DNA of 63,541 nucleotides, counting the filler, from Reticulomyxa filosa (taxonomy: Eukaryota; Protista; Foraminifera), in the NCBI GenBank assembly GCA_000512085.1. It is 12 parts of 12 records of this genome, joined end to end, with 100 filler letters (N's around TTAATTAATTAA, not from the genome) between each part and the next. Parts side by side here need not be neighbours in the genome. Positions count along the whole stretch, not along the records: positions 1 to 9,275 come from ASPP01014870.1; positions 9,376 to 11,409 come from ASPP01008219.1; positions 11,510 to 15,238 come from ASPP01009291.1; 9 more parts are not named here. The stretch is one strand, 5' to 3'. A model generated the notes under the pieces. The model did not search any database, was not told the DNA's origin, and saw only the letters and a program-made list of their open reading frames with translations. The position numbers and the translations under genes are program-made. Below, in pieces: positions 1 to 13,006 of this stretch (the first letter of the stretch is position 1; every line of letters begins with the position of its first letter).

Positions 1-40
<40 letters not shown>

Positions 41-119
41 TACATATATAATATATACATATATATACACATATATTATATATGTACCAATTTTTTTTTT
101 TATTTTTTTTTGGTGATAG

Positions 120-3100
120 CCATCAAAGTGGTGACGGAGGCAGTAAATAAATTGGCAAGCGAAAAAAGCATGGACGTCGTAACCATTCATCGATTTACCA
201 TCAATCCAAAAGCACTGTCAATGAATCGCCTATATGGCGCGTTTGATGATGCAACTCACGAGTGGAGCAATGGAGTGCTGGCTCAAGTGGTCAGAGAAGC
301 GTCAGCAGACTTATCGAAAGATCGCAAATGGGTAGTGTTGGATGGCCCCGTAGACACGCTGTGGATTGAAAACTTGAACACGGTGTTGGACGACAATAAA
401 AAGCTGTGTTTGGCGAGTGGTGAAATTATCAAACTATCAGAAGAAATGAGCATTGTATTCGAAGTGGATGATTTAAGTGTGGCTTCACCGGCTACCATTT
501 CTCGTGTGGGTATGGTGTACATGGAGCCAAAGCAATTAGGATGGAGGGTCATTGTCCACTCTTATATCAATACCTTACCTCTTGATATCCAAAATCAATG
601 GAAAGACCGCTTTTGGGAATTGTTTGATTTGTTTGAATCGACGGTCCAGTTTGTTATCGGTCACTGCAAAAGTGTCATCACATTGGCTGCCGAAGGATAC
701 GTTACCAACCTTTTACGATTGTTTGATTGTTTGTTGTCTCCAGTCATCGGAAAAGATAAGCACTTGGACAAGAAAAATCGGAACGAAAATGCTAATACAA
801 ACACTGCCAAAAGTGCATCTGCACTGGCTCCAAATGATCTACTCATTGCAATCGAGTGCTGGTTTGTATTTTCGCTCATTTGGAGTGTTGGAGCCAACAC
901 CGACAGTGAAGGCAGACTCAAGCTCCATATCCATTTGACCAATCTATTGGCAACTAAGAATTTCATTTTGCCAATGCCACTCCCAAAGCCCGGTGCAAGT
1001 GAATCCAAAAGTGAACATCAAGACCTTTTGCATCCGTCCATATATGATTTTGTATTCGTACCGGAACGTAAGCAGTTAATTTGGAACAACTTTTTTTAAA
1101 AAATAAAAAAAAAAATGAGAGACCATAACAATTTGGATTGTTTGTTTGTTTATGCAATCCAAACAAGGTGGATCCCTTGGATGAATACTGCAGAACAATT
1201 TCGTATCCCTAGCAAAACTCCTTTTGCCTCGATTATTGTTCCCACGTTTGACACAGTGAGATCGTCGTGGCTGTTGGAAGTGTTATTGAAACAACGTAAC
1301 AAAGTGCTATGTACGGGACCGACGGGAACTGGTAAGTCCAAAGTCATTCAGAAAAAATTGCTGTATCAGTTGAGCAGAGACGAATGGGAGCCAGTTTGCA
1401 TGAATTTTTCGGCTGAAACAACTGAAGTGCAATGTCAAGAAATGATTGAAGGGAAATTAAGTAAGCATACTTTATTTTTTTTTTTTATACGTGCTTTAAA
1501 AAAATGCCTCCAACTTTTCAAATGGAGAAAGGGAGGGGAGAAGGTACGAAATGTGGAGTGTGCAAGGAGGAAAAAAGTTTAACAAACAATTTTTTTTTTT
1601 TTTTTTGAAATGGATCTCAAAAGTGAAAAGAACGAAAACGATACGTGGGCCTGCCCTTGGCAAACAGGCAGTAATTTTCATCGATGATATGAACATGCCA
1701 GAGAAAGAAAAGTTTGGTGCACAACCGCCTCTTGAATTGTTGAGGCAGTTTTGCGATTATAGCGGTTGGTATTCGAAAGACAACTTATTTTTAACATTGA
1801 AAGATGTGCAATTGGTTTGTGCCATGGGTACTCCGGCAGCAGGCTCCAACGTCGTTACCACTCGTCTGACTCGCCATTTCAATATTATTGGCTTTGTCGC
1901 TTATGGTCATCAATCGCTGCACACCATTTTTCGGACCATTATGGATTGGTGGATCGCCGACAACACCTCATTGCAAGCGTTGAAAAATACCTTGATGAGT
2001 GTAGTGGAAGCGTCAATCGACCTCTACTCCACATTGACGAACATGCTGAAACCAACTCCAAAGAAGAGCCACTACACATTCAATCTCAGGCAATTGAGTA
2101 GTGTCTTTCAAGGAATCATGTCTGCATCGCCAAAGTACTTGCTCCACCAAAACGATGTCATTCGTCTATGGTCGCATGAATGTCAAAGAGTATTTTCCGA
2201 CAGATTTGTGTGTGTAGACGATTTGCACTGGTTTGATGATTTGACTAGTAAAATAGTGACCACCCATTTTAAAGTTAAAGTACTTATTTAATATATACAT
2301 GTACATATATAAAAGCAATTTAGTCTTTTTATAGACCTTTTTTTTTTTTTTTTTTTCGAACAAATGATCAAAGGCCAATTACTTGCAAGACGTGTTGAAG
2401 AGCAACCCCAGTGATCGATTGTTTTATTCACATATCCATAACAACGGCGAGTATAGCTATTGTGACAACTATGAGCGATTGAAAACTGTCGTGGAAGAGT
2501 CGAAAATCGAATATAACCAAATGTCAAAAATTCCAATGGATTTGGTGTTGTTTGAGGATGCAATAGCACATGTGTGCAGGATAACACGTATACTTCGGAA
2601 TCCGTCGGGGAGTGCATTATTAGTGGGAGTCGGCGGGAGTGGACGTCAATCTCTCACAAAACTCGCATGCAACCTGGTCGGATACAAACTGTTCCAAATC
2701 AATGCCGCCTCCGTATACAAAGTTGCGGATTGGAAAGACGACCTAAAAAAACTCATGTTTTTGGCCGGTCTGGAAGACAAAGAGGTCGTGTTTTTATTTA
2801 GTGACACGCAACTCAAATTTGGATGCATGTTGGAAGATGTCAACAGTATTTTGAACAACGGAGAGGTCTTTAATCTGATGGGTTCTGAGGATGTGCTGCA
2901 AATTACTGATACGATCGCCCGAGAGCTTAAAAAGCAACATGCTACAAATGAAGGCACTGTCATTCCCATTGGCGACATGCAATCACTCATGTCCATATTC
3001 GTCGATCGATGCAAAAAAAACATTCACGTCGTTGTATGTTTGTCCCCCATTGGAGACGACTTCCGAACACGTATCCGTCGTTTTCCAAACTTGGTCAACT

Positions 3101-6100
3101 GCTGCACTGTAGATTGGTTCCATTCATGGCCAGAGCAAGCGTTGAAGTCGGTCGCTATGACATATTTGCAACCTGTGGAACTTTCATCCGACCTCAAGGA
3201 TAATGTTGTTGAGGCTTGGTAATATTATATAAATATATATATACACATATATATATATATTTATATAATTTTTTTTTTTTTTGGTGTATACGTATACGTA
3301 AGGACTGATAATGTTGCAAAAAATTTTGTATACGTTTTTTGCTTTTTTTTTTTTTTTGAATAGTGTGATGATGCAAAGCTCAGTTACACAATTGGCAGAA
3401 GTATTTTTACAAAATGCCCGTTTTCATACATATGTGACACCAATGAGTTATATGTCATTGCTTCGAACGTTCCAAAGTCTTTATGAAGCGACAAAGAAAA
3501 AAATCGGAACGGCCAAAGAGCGGTACGACATTGGTTTAGAGAAGCTGCAAAGCACGCAAGTGCAAGTGAAAGAGATGCAACAGCAGCTTGAAGGACTGCA
3601 ACCCAAACTCGAAGAGTCTGTGAAAAAAACAAACGAATTGATGGCCGAAATCCAAGTAAAAACCAAAGATGCGGATACCAAAAAAGAGGCAGTGGTGGTT
3701 GAAGAAAGACAATGTAACCAGCAAGCAAGCGCAGCTCGTGAGGTAGAAGAACAGTGCCAAGAGCAGTTAGACAAAGCCATGCCTGCATATTTGGAAGCAA
3801 TGAAAGCACTCAAAGTAATCAAAAAGGCAGATTTGGCACAAGTCAAAAAATATACCAAACCACCACCGGGAGTAATTTTGACCATGGAAGCTCTCTGTAT
3901 CATGTTTCAAGTGCCCCCCAAAAAGGTTTTAGACTCCAATGGCAAAAAAGTTGAAGACTACTGGGAAGCTGCAAAAAAAGACGTTTTGTCGGACACGAAA
4001 TTGCTGGAAAAACTGGAGACTTTCGACAAGGATAACATTTCTGAAGCAATTATCACTCAAGTCGGGCCCTACCTTCAAAATCCAGAATTTGAGGTAAGTT
4101 TTAAATTGTTCCAATATAACAGCAAAAAAAAAAAAAAATTATTTAAATTAGTTGCTTATTCGTTTTCGTTTAATTTTTTTCTTTGTTCTCGCATTCAAAA
4201 AAAATTGTTAGCCAGAGAAAATCGCCACTGCTAGTGGCGCTTGCAAAGGGTTATGTTTATGGGTCCGAGCCATACACACCTACCACACAGTGTCAAAAGT
4301 AGTGAAACCAAAACAAGAGGCATTGAAAAAAGCAAAAGAGGAGGCAAATCAAGCCATGGCTGTTCTTGCCAAAAAAAAAGAGGCATTGCAAAAAATATGC
4401 GATTATTTGAATTCTTTGCGTTCGCAATTTGATGAGGCTATGGCCAAAAAAAATGACTTGCAAAACCAAGTGACGTTATGTGGACAACGTTTAGAACGTG
4501 CTCAAAAGTTGATCAATGGATTGGGTGGAGAGCACCAATTTTGGCAAAGCAAATCTAACAAATTTGCACAAGACATCCAAACACTCTTAGGTGATATAAT
4601 CCTTTCTTCTGGTGTTATTGCCTATCTTGGAGTATACACCACTTCATATCGAAATGACATTACTCAAGAATGGTCCAAGTATTTGAATGAAAAGTTGAAC
4701 ATTGCTTGTGCTAAGAATTTTTCATTGATAGACGTTCTGGGGGACAAAATTTTAACTCGAGATTGGATTCTAAATAAACTACCAAAAGATGAGTTTTCAA
4801 TTTCTAATGCAATTATTTTCACTAAATCTATTCGTTATCCGTTATTTATTGACCCTCAAGGTCAAAGCAATCGATGGATTAAGAACATGGAAAGAAAAAA
4901 CGATTTGCAATGTGTCAAAATGGAAGATCAGCACTGTGCCAGAGTTTTGCAAAACTCAATTCAATTTGGTATGAGAAATAAAATAAATATAAACAATTTA
5001 TTCATTTGCTTATTTATTTATTTACACTTTGTTTCAAAAATGTCTTTGACACTTGTAAGGTAAACCGGTGTTAATTGAAAATGTTGGCGAGTGGTTGGAT
5101 CCATATTTGGAGCCACTACTAAATAAGGAGTTGACTGTAATCGGTAATCGAAAAGTAATAAAACTTGGGGAGCAAGCGATTGACTTCAATGAACGTTTTC
5201 AATTGTATTTGACAACGAAATTGGCAAGCCCTCATTACACTCCGAGCGTGTCCACAAAAGTGGTATTGATAAACTTTGCAATTACATTGGAAGGATTAGA
5301 TGATCAAATGCTTGCAATTGTGGTAGGAAAAGATGAAAAAGAAATGGAGGTGAAACGAGAGCAATTGATAATCGAGCAGCATGTCCACAACCAACAGCTG
5401 CAAGGGCTGGAGAGTCAAATTTTGCAATCGTTGAGTGAAGCAACAGGAAACATATTAGATGATCAAGTGTTGATTGACACATTGCAAAAATCAAAAGAAG
5501 CAAGCAAAAATATTGAAAAGCGAATGAATGAAGCTAAAGTGGTAGAAGAACAAATTGAGGCAGTTCGAAGACAATACAAATCCTTGTCTCGTTCTACTGC
5601 CAATTTATTTTTTAGCGTTAGCGACCTATCTGTCATTGATCCAATGTACCAATTTTCGTTGTCATGGTTTTTGTCGTTGTTTGAAAAAGCTATTGAAAAC
5701 AGTGACATACCGAAAGATAAAAAAGACAAAAGCAAAAGAACAAAGGCTATTGATAAAGAGTGCAAGGAATCTTTGTATCGCAATGTCTGTCGAAGTCTCT
5801 TTGAGCAACACAAACTGTTATTTTCTTTAAATTTAGCAGTCCGCATTTTGATGGGAAATCAACAGTTGGACATCAAACTCTGGAGATTTTTTTTTAACTG
5901 GAGGGGGCCTTCTGAACTCTGACGAAAATGGTAATGTTGCTAACAAACCCAATCCATGTCCGGATTGGTTAGACGAGCGTATGTGGGGAGAAATTCGCAA
6001 CTTGAGCAGCTTAGGAGGAATTTTTTCTACCTTGGATCAAGACTTGACTAACAACGGCAACAGCAGGAACGTGCGAGCCCCTTGGAAGGTATTTTTTGAT

Positions 6101-8882
6101 AATGCAAGCCCAACTCAATTGTACCATTATTTACCAAAGGAATGGGCAACCAAACTCAGCCCCTTTGAAAAGTTGTGTTTGCTACGATGTCTTCGAATGG
6201 ACTTACTTTTACCGGCCATTCAGTCGTTTGTGAAGCAGTCGATTGGGGAGTATTTCATTCGCCCTCCAACTTTCGATTTGGATGGAGTGTATAAAGACTC
6301 TTCCGTACACACTCCAATTATTTTCATATTATCCCCAGGATCAGATCCCATGAACGAATTACTCAAACTGGCCTCCAAGTATGGGATGAACGGCAAAGAC
6401 AAACTATTTTCTATTTCATTAGGACAAGGGCAAGGACCAATTGCGAAAGAAGGTATTGAAGAAGCCATTGATAAAGGGAACTGGGTGGTGTTGCAAAATT
6501 GCCATTTGGCACCTTCGTGGATGCCACAGCTACAAAAGATTGTCGAAGAAATTGAGCGCACAAAAGACAAGGACAACAAGGATGGCAGCAACAACAACAA
6601 CAACAACAACAAGGATCGTGACAACAACAGTGGCAATGATCCCCTTGCTTTTCAATCTGTGGAAAATGACAAAACAACGTATACCAATATCAATCCACAT
6701 TTCCGTCTGTGGTTGGCCTCGATGCCTTTTCCCCAGTTTCCACTGTCCATTTTGCAAAATGGAATTAAAGTTACCAACGACCCGCCCAAAGGCATGCAAG
6801 CTAATCTAAAGAAAACTTTTCAAAGTTTGGATGAGTCATGGTTCGAGTCTTCGCAAAGACCTTTCGAATTCAAAAAGCTTATGTTTGCATTGGCCTTTTT
6901 TCATGGCGTTGTACAAGTTCGTTTTAAAAAAATTATACACATATATACATATATATATATATATTTATACGTATCATGTAATGGTTTGAACTACTACAAA
7001 ATAGGAACGAAGAAAATTTGGTCCATTGGGTTGGAACATACCTTATGCATTTAGCGATTCGGACTTTCGAATTTCCTCTTCGCAGCTGCACATGATTTTG
7101 CAAGATTTGTCAATCTCTATGAGTGCCAATACAAACACGACTAATACCAATAACAATAATGATGGCAGTAACAGCAATCTCAATGGCAACGCAAATCAAA
7201 AATTGGATGACGAGGATTTAATGGACGGAACAAACTCAACGATGAATGAAACAGGAGGCAGTGATATCCCTTTCAAGCAATTGAAATATATGATTGGCGA
7301 GTTGAACTACGGAGGACGCGTAACGGATGACAGGGATCGTTTGACGTTGATGACATTGTTGGGCCAGTATTTCACTCCAATGCTTGTGAATTACCACTCT
7401 ACGTATAACTTTAGCGAAAGCTCCAAATATTATGCACCTGAAGAAGGTGATGTTCATCATTATTTATCATATATCCAATCCTTACCGTTAATGGACGAAC
7501 CAGAAGTATTCGGACTGCATCCCAATGCGAGCATTTCCAGTGCGATTCAAGAAGCCAATGATTTGATCCACTTTGTGTCGCGCATGCAGGCCAAAGATAT
7601 GCAATCCAATGTCCACCAAAGTCGTACCCAACAAACAAACGTTTCCACACAAGATCAAATTATGGCCAAAGTCTGTGATGACATCCTCACCAAACTCCCT
7701 CCAAACTATGATCTTTGTCAAGTCCAACTTAAATACCCTGTTTCTTACCAAAACTCAATGAACACTGTTTTGGTTCAAGAGCTGACTCGATTCAATCGGT
7801 TGAGTGTATATTTTCCTATTCTTTTTTTTTTTTTTTTTTTTTTTGTAATCCATGTATACCAGTGCATGTTGTATTGGAATATTACAGACTGATAGAAGTA
7901 ATAAGGTCTTCATTGATCGAATTAAAGCGAGCAACTGCTGGGGAAGTGGTAATGTCAAATGAACTTGAGCAATTGCAAAATGCGATTACTAACGTAAAAG
8001 TTCCGGAAATGTGGAGCAATGTTGCTATGCATCCCTCAAACCACTTGGTTTTGTTTTTTTTTTTTTTTTTGTTGTCGATACTCTTATTTATTTTGATAAC
8101 AAGGTTGTTTACGACGTATACATTCAAACGAAAGAAACTCACATCTCATACGTATACACACTCAAAAAAAAAAATAAAAATAAAAAATAACAGGGTCGTG
8201 GATACAAGATTTATCGGATCGATTAAGATTTTTTCAACAATGGATTGATAACGGCGAGCCGTCCATATTTTGGATTAGCGGGTTTTTTTTCACGCAGTCA
8301 TTTTTAACCGGATGCTTACAAAACTTTGCCAGAAAGTATGCTATTCCAATTGATGAATTACAATTTGAGTTTATAGTCCAAAATAACATGGTGGAATTAA
8401 TGAGCGACAACATGCCATTCGTTGACAAACTACATTTGATCCAAGCTAATCCACAACTGAACCAAAGACCCAAAGATGGATGCTTCATATTTGGACTCTA
8501 TTTGGATGGAGCCGGATGGGATTTAGCCAATGGAGTACTGTGTGAACAAAAACCAAAGCAGTTATTTTCGTCAATGCCTGTCATTTGGCTCAAACCCATT
8601 CGCACTGCAGACTTCAAAAGGGTTTGTTTTTGTTTTTTTTTAAAGAAAACAAAAAATGTAAGGTTTTATGATCTTTGATTCCAATTCTGATTTGAATATA
8701 TACTGTGATAGCATAATAAAGAATTTTCGTGCTCAGTGTACAAAACGAGCCGTCGTGCAGGCAATCTAAGCACAACAGGACATTCGACCAACTATGTTGT
8801 TACAATGCAGCTGCCGACGCTTGTGGATGAAGCTCATTGGACAATGCGAGGTGTTGCCTTGTTGTGTCAATTAGATAACTGA
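120..8882 (+). CDS. Axonemal dynein heavy chain, inner-arm single-headed type (DNAH3/7/12-like). 5'-truncated (AAA2 to C-terminus), about 10 introns, a few homopolymer frameshifts.
   Basis: Motifs [29 protein letters not shown] (AAA2), GPTGTGKS (AAA3), [13 protein letters not shown] (AAA4), stalk coiled coil, [11 protein letters not shown] (AAA5), [10 protein letters not shown] and [14 protein letters not shown] (AAA6), [15 protein letters not shown], and C-terminal [18 protein letters not shown] at 8880-8882. GT-AG introns join the ORF fragments in frame. Confidence 0.95.
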
Positions 8883-9275
8883 AAAATTCATCTTTTTGTT
8901 GTTGCTTTAGCTTGATCTTTTATTTATATTGTTTTTTTTTTTGTTGTTGTGTACTAATTTGTTTGTCTATCGTGTTTGAATGAATCATCTGATAAACTTA
9001 ATTTACCATTATTTTCCATTAGAATACCAGAATTTCATTGAAATAAATAAAGATAATTTTTACAAAAGTGAAAATTAATAACAAATAATAGCTTTCTTAT
9101 GCATTGTGATTGAAGTTTTTGTTGAAGAAAAATATTGTCGCCAAAGTCTTTGATACAAAACAGGTTTGTCAAAATATTACATTTCTTTTGTTCTAAATTC
9201 AATTTTTATTTTAATCGATATTTAATTTTTTTGTTGGAATTTCTGTGTTCTGCAATGTTTTTTAAAATAATTACA

Positions 9276-9375
9276 NNNNNNNNNNNNNNNNNNNNNNNNN
9301 NNNNNNNNNNNNNNNNNNNTTAATTAATTAANNNNNNNNNNNNNNNNNNNNNNNNNNNNNNNNNNNNNNNNNNNN
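9276..9375. other. Artificial contig-joining spacer N44-TTAATTAATTAA-N44 (first of 11)
   Basis: Identical 100-bp spacers with stops in all six frames at 9276-9375, 11410-11509, 15239-15338, 19431-19530, 33230-33329, 41942-42041, 48479-48578, 51363-51462, 56881-56980, 57981-58080 and 62410-62509. Confidence 0.98.
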
Positions 9376-9393
9376 AAAAAAAAAAAAAAAAAG

Positions 9394-11350
9394 AAAACAC
9401 CTTTCAAAATTGACTCGTGCTGGGATTACCTTGAAGTGTGCAAACTGACTCCCAAACAAGAAATACTCAAGACCAGTCATCGCCAACGCGGCTTGTCGAT
9501 TTGGTGTCCCGACGTGAAGAAACATGAAGAAACGAACACGGACACTTCGGAGACAGAACAAGAGGAAAGCGCGAACGCCAAGTGGTATTTCTTTGGACAC
9601 ATCATGGAAGAGTATCTCACTCATCCAAGCTACTCTCTCCCTTGTCTGCTCGCGCAAAATGGAACTGACTCCAATGCTATTGTGCCTCCCAAAGGGTTAG
9701 TTTTTGTTTGCTTCTTTTTTTTTTTTTTTTAACAAAAAAAAAAAAATATATATGTATGCATATATGGGTACAGTGTTTGTAGATTCAAATACTTTTGTTA
9801 ATTGAAAAAAATATTTAATATTTAATTGTTAGATTGAGCATTGCGAAACACAACAAAGTATCGGATGGCAGTGGAAAAGGCAAAACCACCTTGTATCAGT
9901 ACTGGTGCACTGTGGAGGCACCAGATGGATATGAAGCCATTGGCTCCATTGTTGTTCAGTTGAAAGAAGAAATTCCCAAAGAACATCTGTCCACCGGCCT
10001 GTTGCAATATTTGCAAAAACGTAATGTATTTGTCTTTTTTGTTACTACAAAATAGAACTATAAAAAATATAAATATATACATATATATATATATATATGT
10101 ATATATATTATATATACAAATTTGATATCGTATACTGATAGACGCACAAGGAAAGGACTTTGTGGAGAGATTGGGCTGCTTACGGTCTGAATATGTGCAT
10201 GAGCAATATCCGTGCATCTCGAATATGCTGTTGAATGACGAACATTGGTATTTGCTGCGCCCGCAGCCGCAACTGATTGCAGGTGTCCCCAAGGCGGTTG
10301 AAATACCCATCGTGTTCCGTGAGGTCAAGCCGGCGACAGGTTTCACCGAAAAGGATGTATCCAAGCATACAGAAGAGAGAGCCACCAAACTTAGTTTTAC
10401 AAAAGGGATTAAGCAAGAGTACATGTTTAGCATCCATATGTTTTTTTTTTTTTTTTGGTAATGAGAGAGAGAAGAAAGAGGGAGAAAAAAAAAAAATCAA
10501 TCAAACAAATATATATGTATATATATTTGTTAACGAAATAGCGACAATGCAAGCACAGCTCGATTATCCACAGTGACAATAGTGGTCGAAACGCCATTGA
10601 TTGTGTCCGCAGCACAGGTGTTTCATCTTGTTTGGTCGTCCCGCAATATATCCGAGTCGTCGAACAAGAAATGTTCAGTGTGGGAGCCGGTGCTAGGAAA
10701 GGACGAGTATATGGTCGGTCACTTGGCCATCAGCGATTGGCATTACCCCTGTGTCAATTCCCAAACGAGCAAACTGTTGATCGTGAAAGCTGGTGGGAGC
10801 GACCCCAATGCGTTTCGAGAGCCACTGGGCTTTGAGTGTATCTGGAGTGCACACAGGCCAGGATGGAAAGATTCTCAGACCAGAACATCCTTCAGCTTTA
10901 GCACTTGTATGTAACTTTTTTTTAAATCGTTATTGGAGTTGCTATGTGTATACTTTGTATGCATATCTGTGCCATATAAATATACAAATATATAAAGTAT
11001 ATACATGTTTATGATATCTTTTATATCTTTTATGTATCGTAAAAAAAAAAAAAAAAATCTTTATCAAAAACAATGAAATTTGCAAATGAAAACAGCAACG
11101 CAATCCGAAATAAATGTGCCAAGTGGCAGTTTCTGGCGAGCAATACCGCCGGAAGGGTATGTCGCAATAGGAGACATTGCCCTTCCAATCGACGGAAACA
11201 TGGGCAAGAGTGGAGCCCTCTTACCCGCTTCCGAAGTGCCAAAGTATGTTTGCGTTAAGCGCGAGTATGCGTCAGGTGTCAAGCCAATTGAAAAAACCGA
11301 CATTCGAAAACTGCAATCTGATACTGTCGCACTTGAAGAGACTTTTAAAA
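9394..11350 (+). CDS. Vps62/DUF946-like repeat protein, partial at both ends, spliced
   Basis: Four related motifs typical of Vps62-type domains: LSIWCP..WYFFGH..PPKG; YWCTVEAPDGYEAIGSIV..LGCLRSEYV; CSVWEPVLGKDEYMVGHLA..EPLGFECIWS; SFWRAIPPEGYVAIGDIA..YVCVKREY. Four in-frame GT-AG introns. Confidence 0.7.
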
Positions 11351-11525
11351 GTATTTGTACATATAATTTTAATTTTTTTTTTTTTTTATTTGGCTCCTAT
11401 TATTGTTACNNNNNNNNNNNNNNNNNNNNNNNNNNNNNNNNNNNNNNNNNNNNTTAATTAATTAANNNNNNNNNNNNNNNNNNNNNNNNNNNNNNNNNNN
11501 NNNNNNNNNAAAAAAAAAAAAATAG

Positions 11526-11851
11526 AAAATGATACAAACACAACAACCATGGACTCCACAACTGTTGACAAAACACGGCGCGACATTGTCTTCATTTGTC
11601 GGTACAACCCCATGGACTCTGCAAGGTGACAACCAAAACAACCCAGCGTTGGTCCATTTGCAAACACTGATCAACAAAAACCAACTCGACTTTACAGTTA
11701 AAAGCAACAATCATAACTCAATGCCGCGTCGCTAAATGCAAGCTATCGTTTCTTTGTTTGTGTTTGTTTGTGCAAAGAATACCCACAACATGGAAAAGAT
11801 TACCAAGATACTTCACAGTCAACGGCTAGTGATGACTGAGGTATTATATAC

Positions 11852-11891
<40 letters not shown>

Positions 11892-12969
11892 GTATATATT
11901 TATCTCTTGTCATATGAACAATAAAAAAATAATAAAACAGGACACTCCCTGCCAAACCATGTATTTCAGTGCTATCAATGTGACGGAAAAGAAAATGTTT
12001 GACATGCTGCAAGAGATCGCCCCCAACGGAGTCAAGTGCATGCTGTACGACGAACCCGCAATCACGGTCACAGAGACGACCGCGGAGAGCGAACCTTCGA
12101 CGGACTCGACCACCAGTGGCTATTGCGTCGTCCAATTCAAGTCGACGCTCTTGGCGGTGAAGGCGCTGTTGGGATTGTACTCCAACGGGGTTCTGTTTGA
12201 TGCCGCTTTTGGGCCGCCCAAAGAGCCGGACTTGACCGGAGCGATTGATGAATATCACACATCACTCATCGAAGGCTTGTTGCAAGTGTCCACGTCGCAG
12301 TCGATGGCCTCTTCGTGTGAGGACGAATCAAAGGACAAGTATTCGGGCCCAAGTCAAAGTCAAAATCAAATCAATGTCAGCGTCGATATTTCTGTCTATT
12401 CAAACGCCGACGAGCAAGACTTGTCTTTGGAGTGGGACAGCAAGCCATGTCGCACCTATTGGCTTGTCGTGGACGACACCACCATCGTGGGCTATCAAAA
12501 GCTACATCACGTCCCGTCGTTCACTTTGCGTCTTCAAGTTTTCGACTTGCTTGTGTTTTCTTTCTCTTTTATTTATTTTATTGATATAAGTATATTGTTT
12601 ACACGAGTATACATTATATACATATACATATACATATATACACAAATATATGTGTACTTGTACCCATATAATCAAAGGAAGTTGAATTACGACAAACAAG
12701 CGCATGGACGTTGAACTTGATATTGCCATTGACGAAGCAAGAATATAATCTGCGATCACACAATGCCCAACTCATCAGCTTATGGCTTACAGCTCAGTCG
12801 GTGTTTTATTTTTTGTTGAAAATTGTGTGTATGTGTGCACTTTGTTTTGTTTTCACCAAAAAAAACAAAGACAAAACAAAAAAAACAATGTAAAAAGAAA
12901 TGGGAGGGGTAATAACAGATATTGATGCAGGCGAAAGAAGGAAAGATTAAAGGCAAAGACAACAACAAC

Positions 12970-13006
<37 letters not shown>

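Noticed and set aside
5881-5900. Frameshifts in conserved genes (also about 8023, 23700, 24890, 35080, 35200, 35640) suggesting programmed frameshifting or RNA editing
   Set aside because: Each is fixed by adding or removing one base in a homopolymer run, and a 454 adaptor is present in the window. Typical pyrosequencing error.
9320-9331. TTAATTAATTAA recurring 11 times as a repeat or CRISPR-like motif
   Set aside because: Always centred in N runs, so it is an artificial six-frame-stop linker. Adjacency across spacers has no biological meaning.
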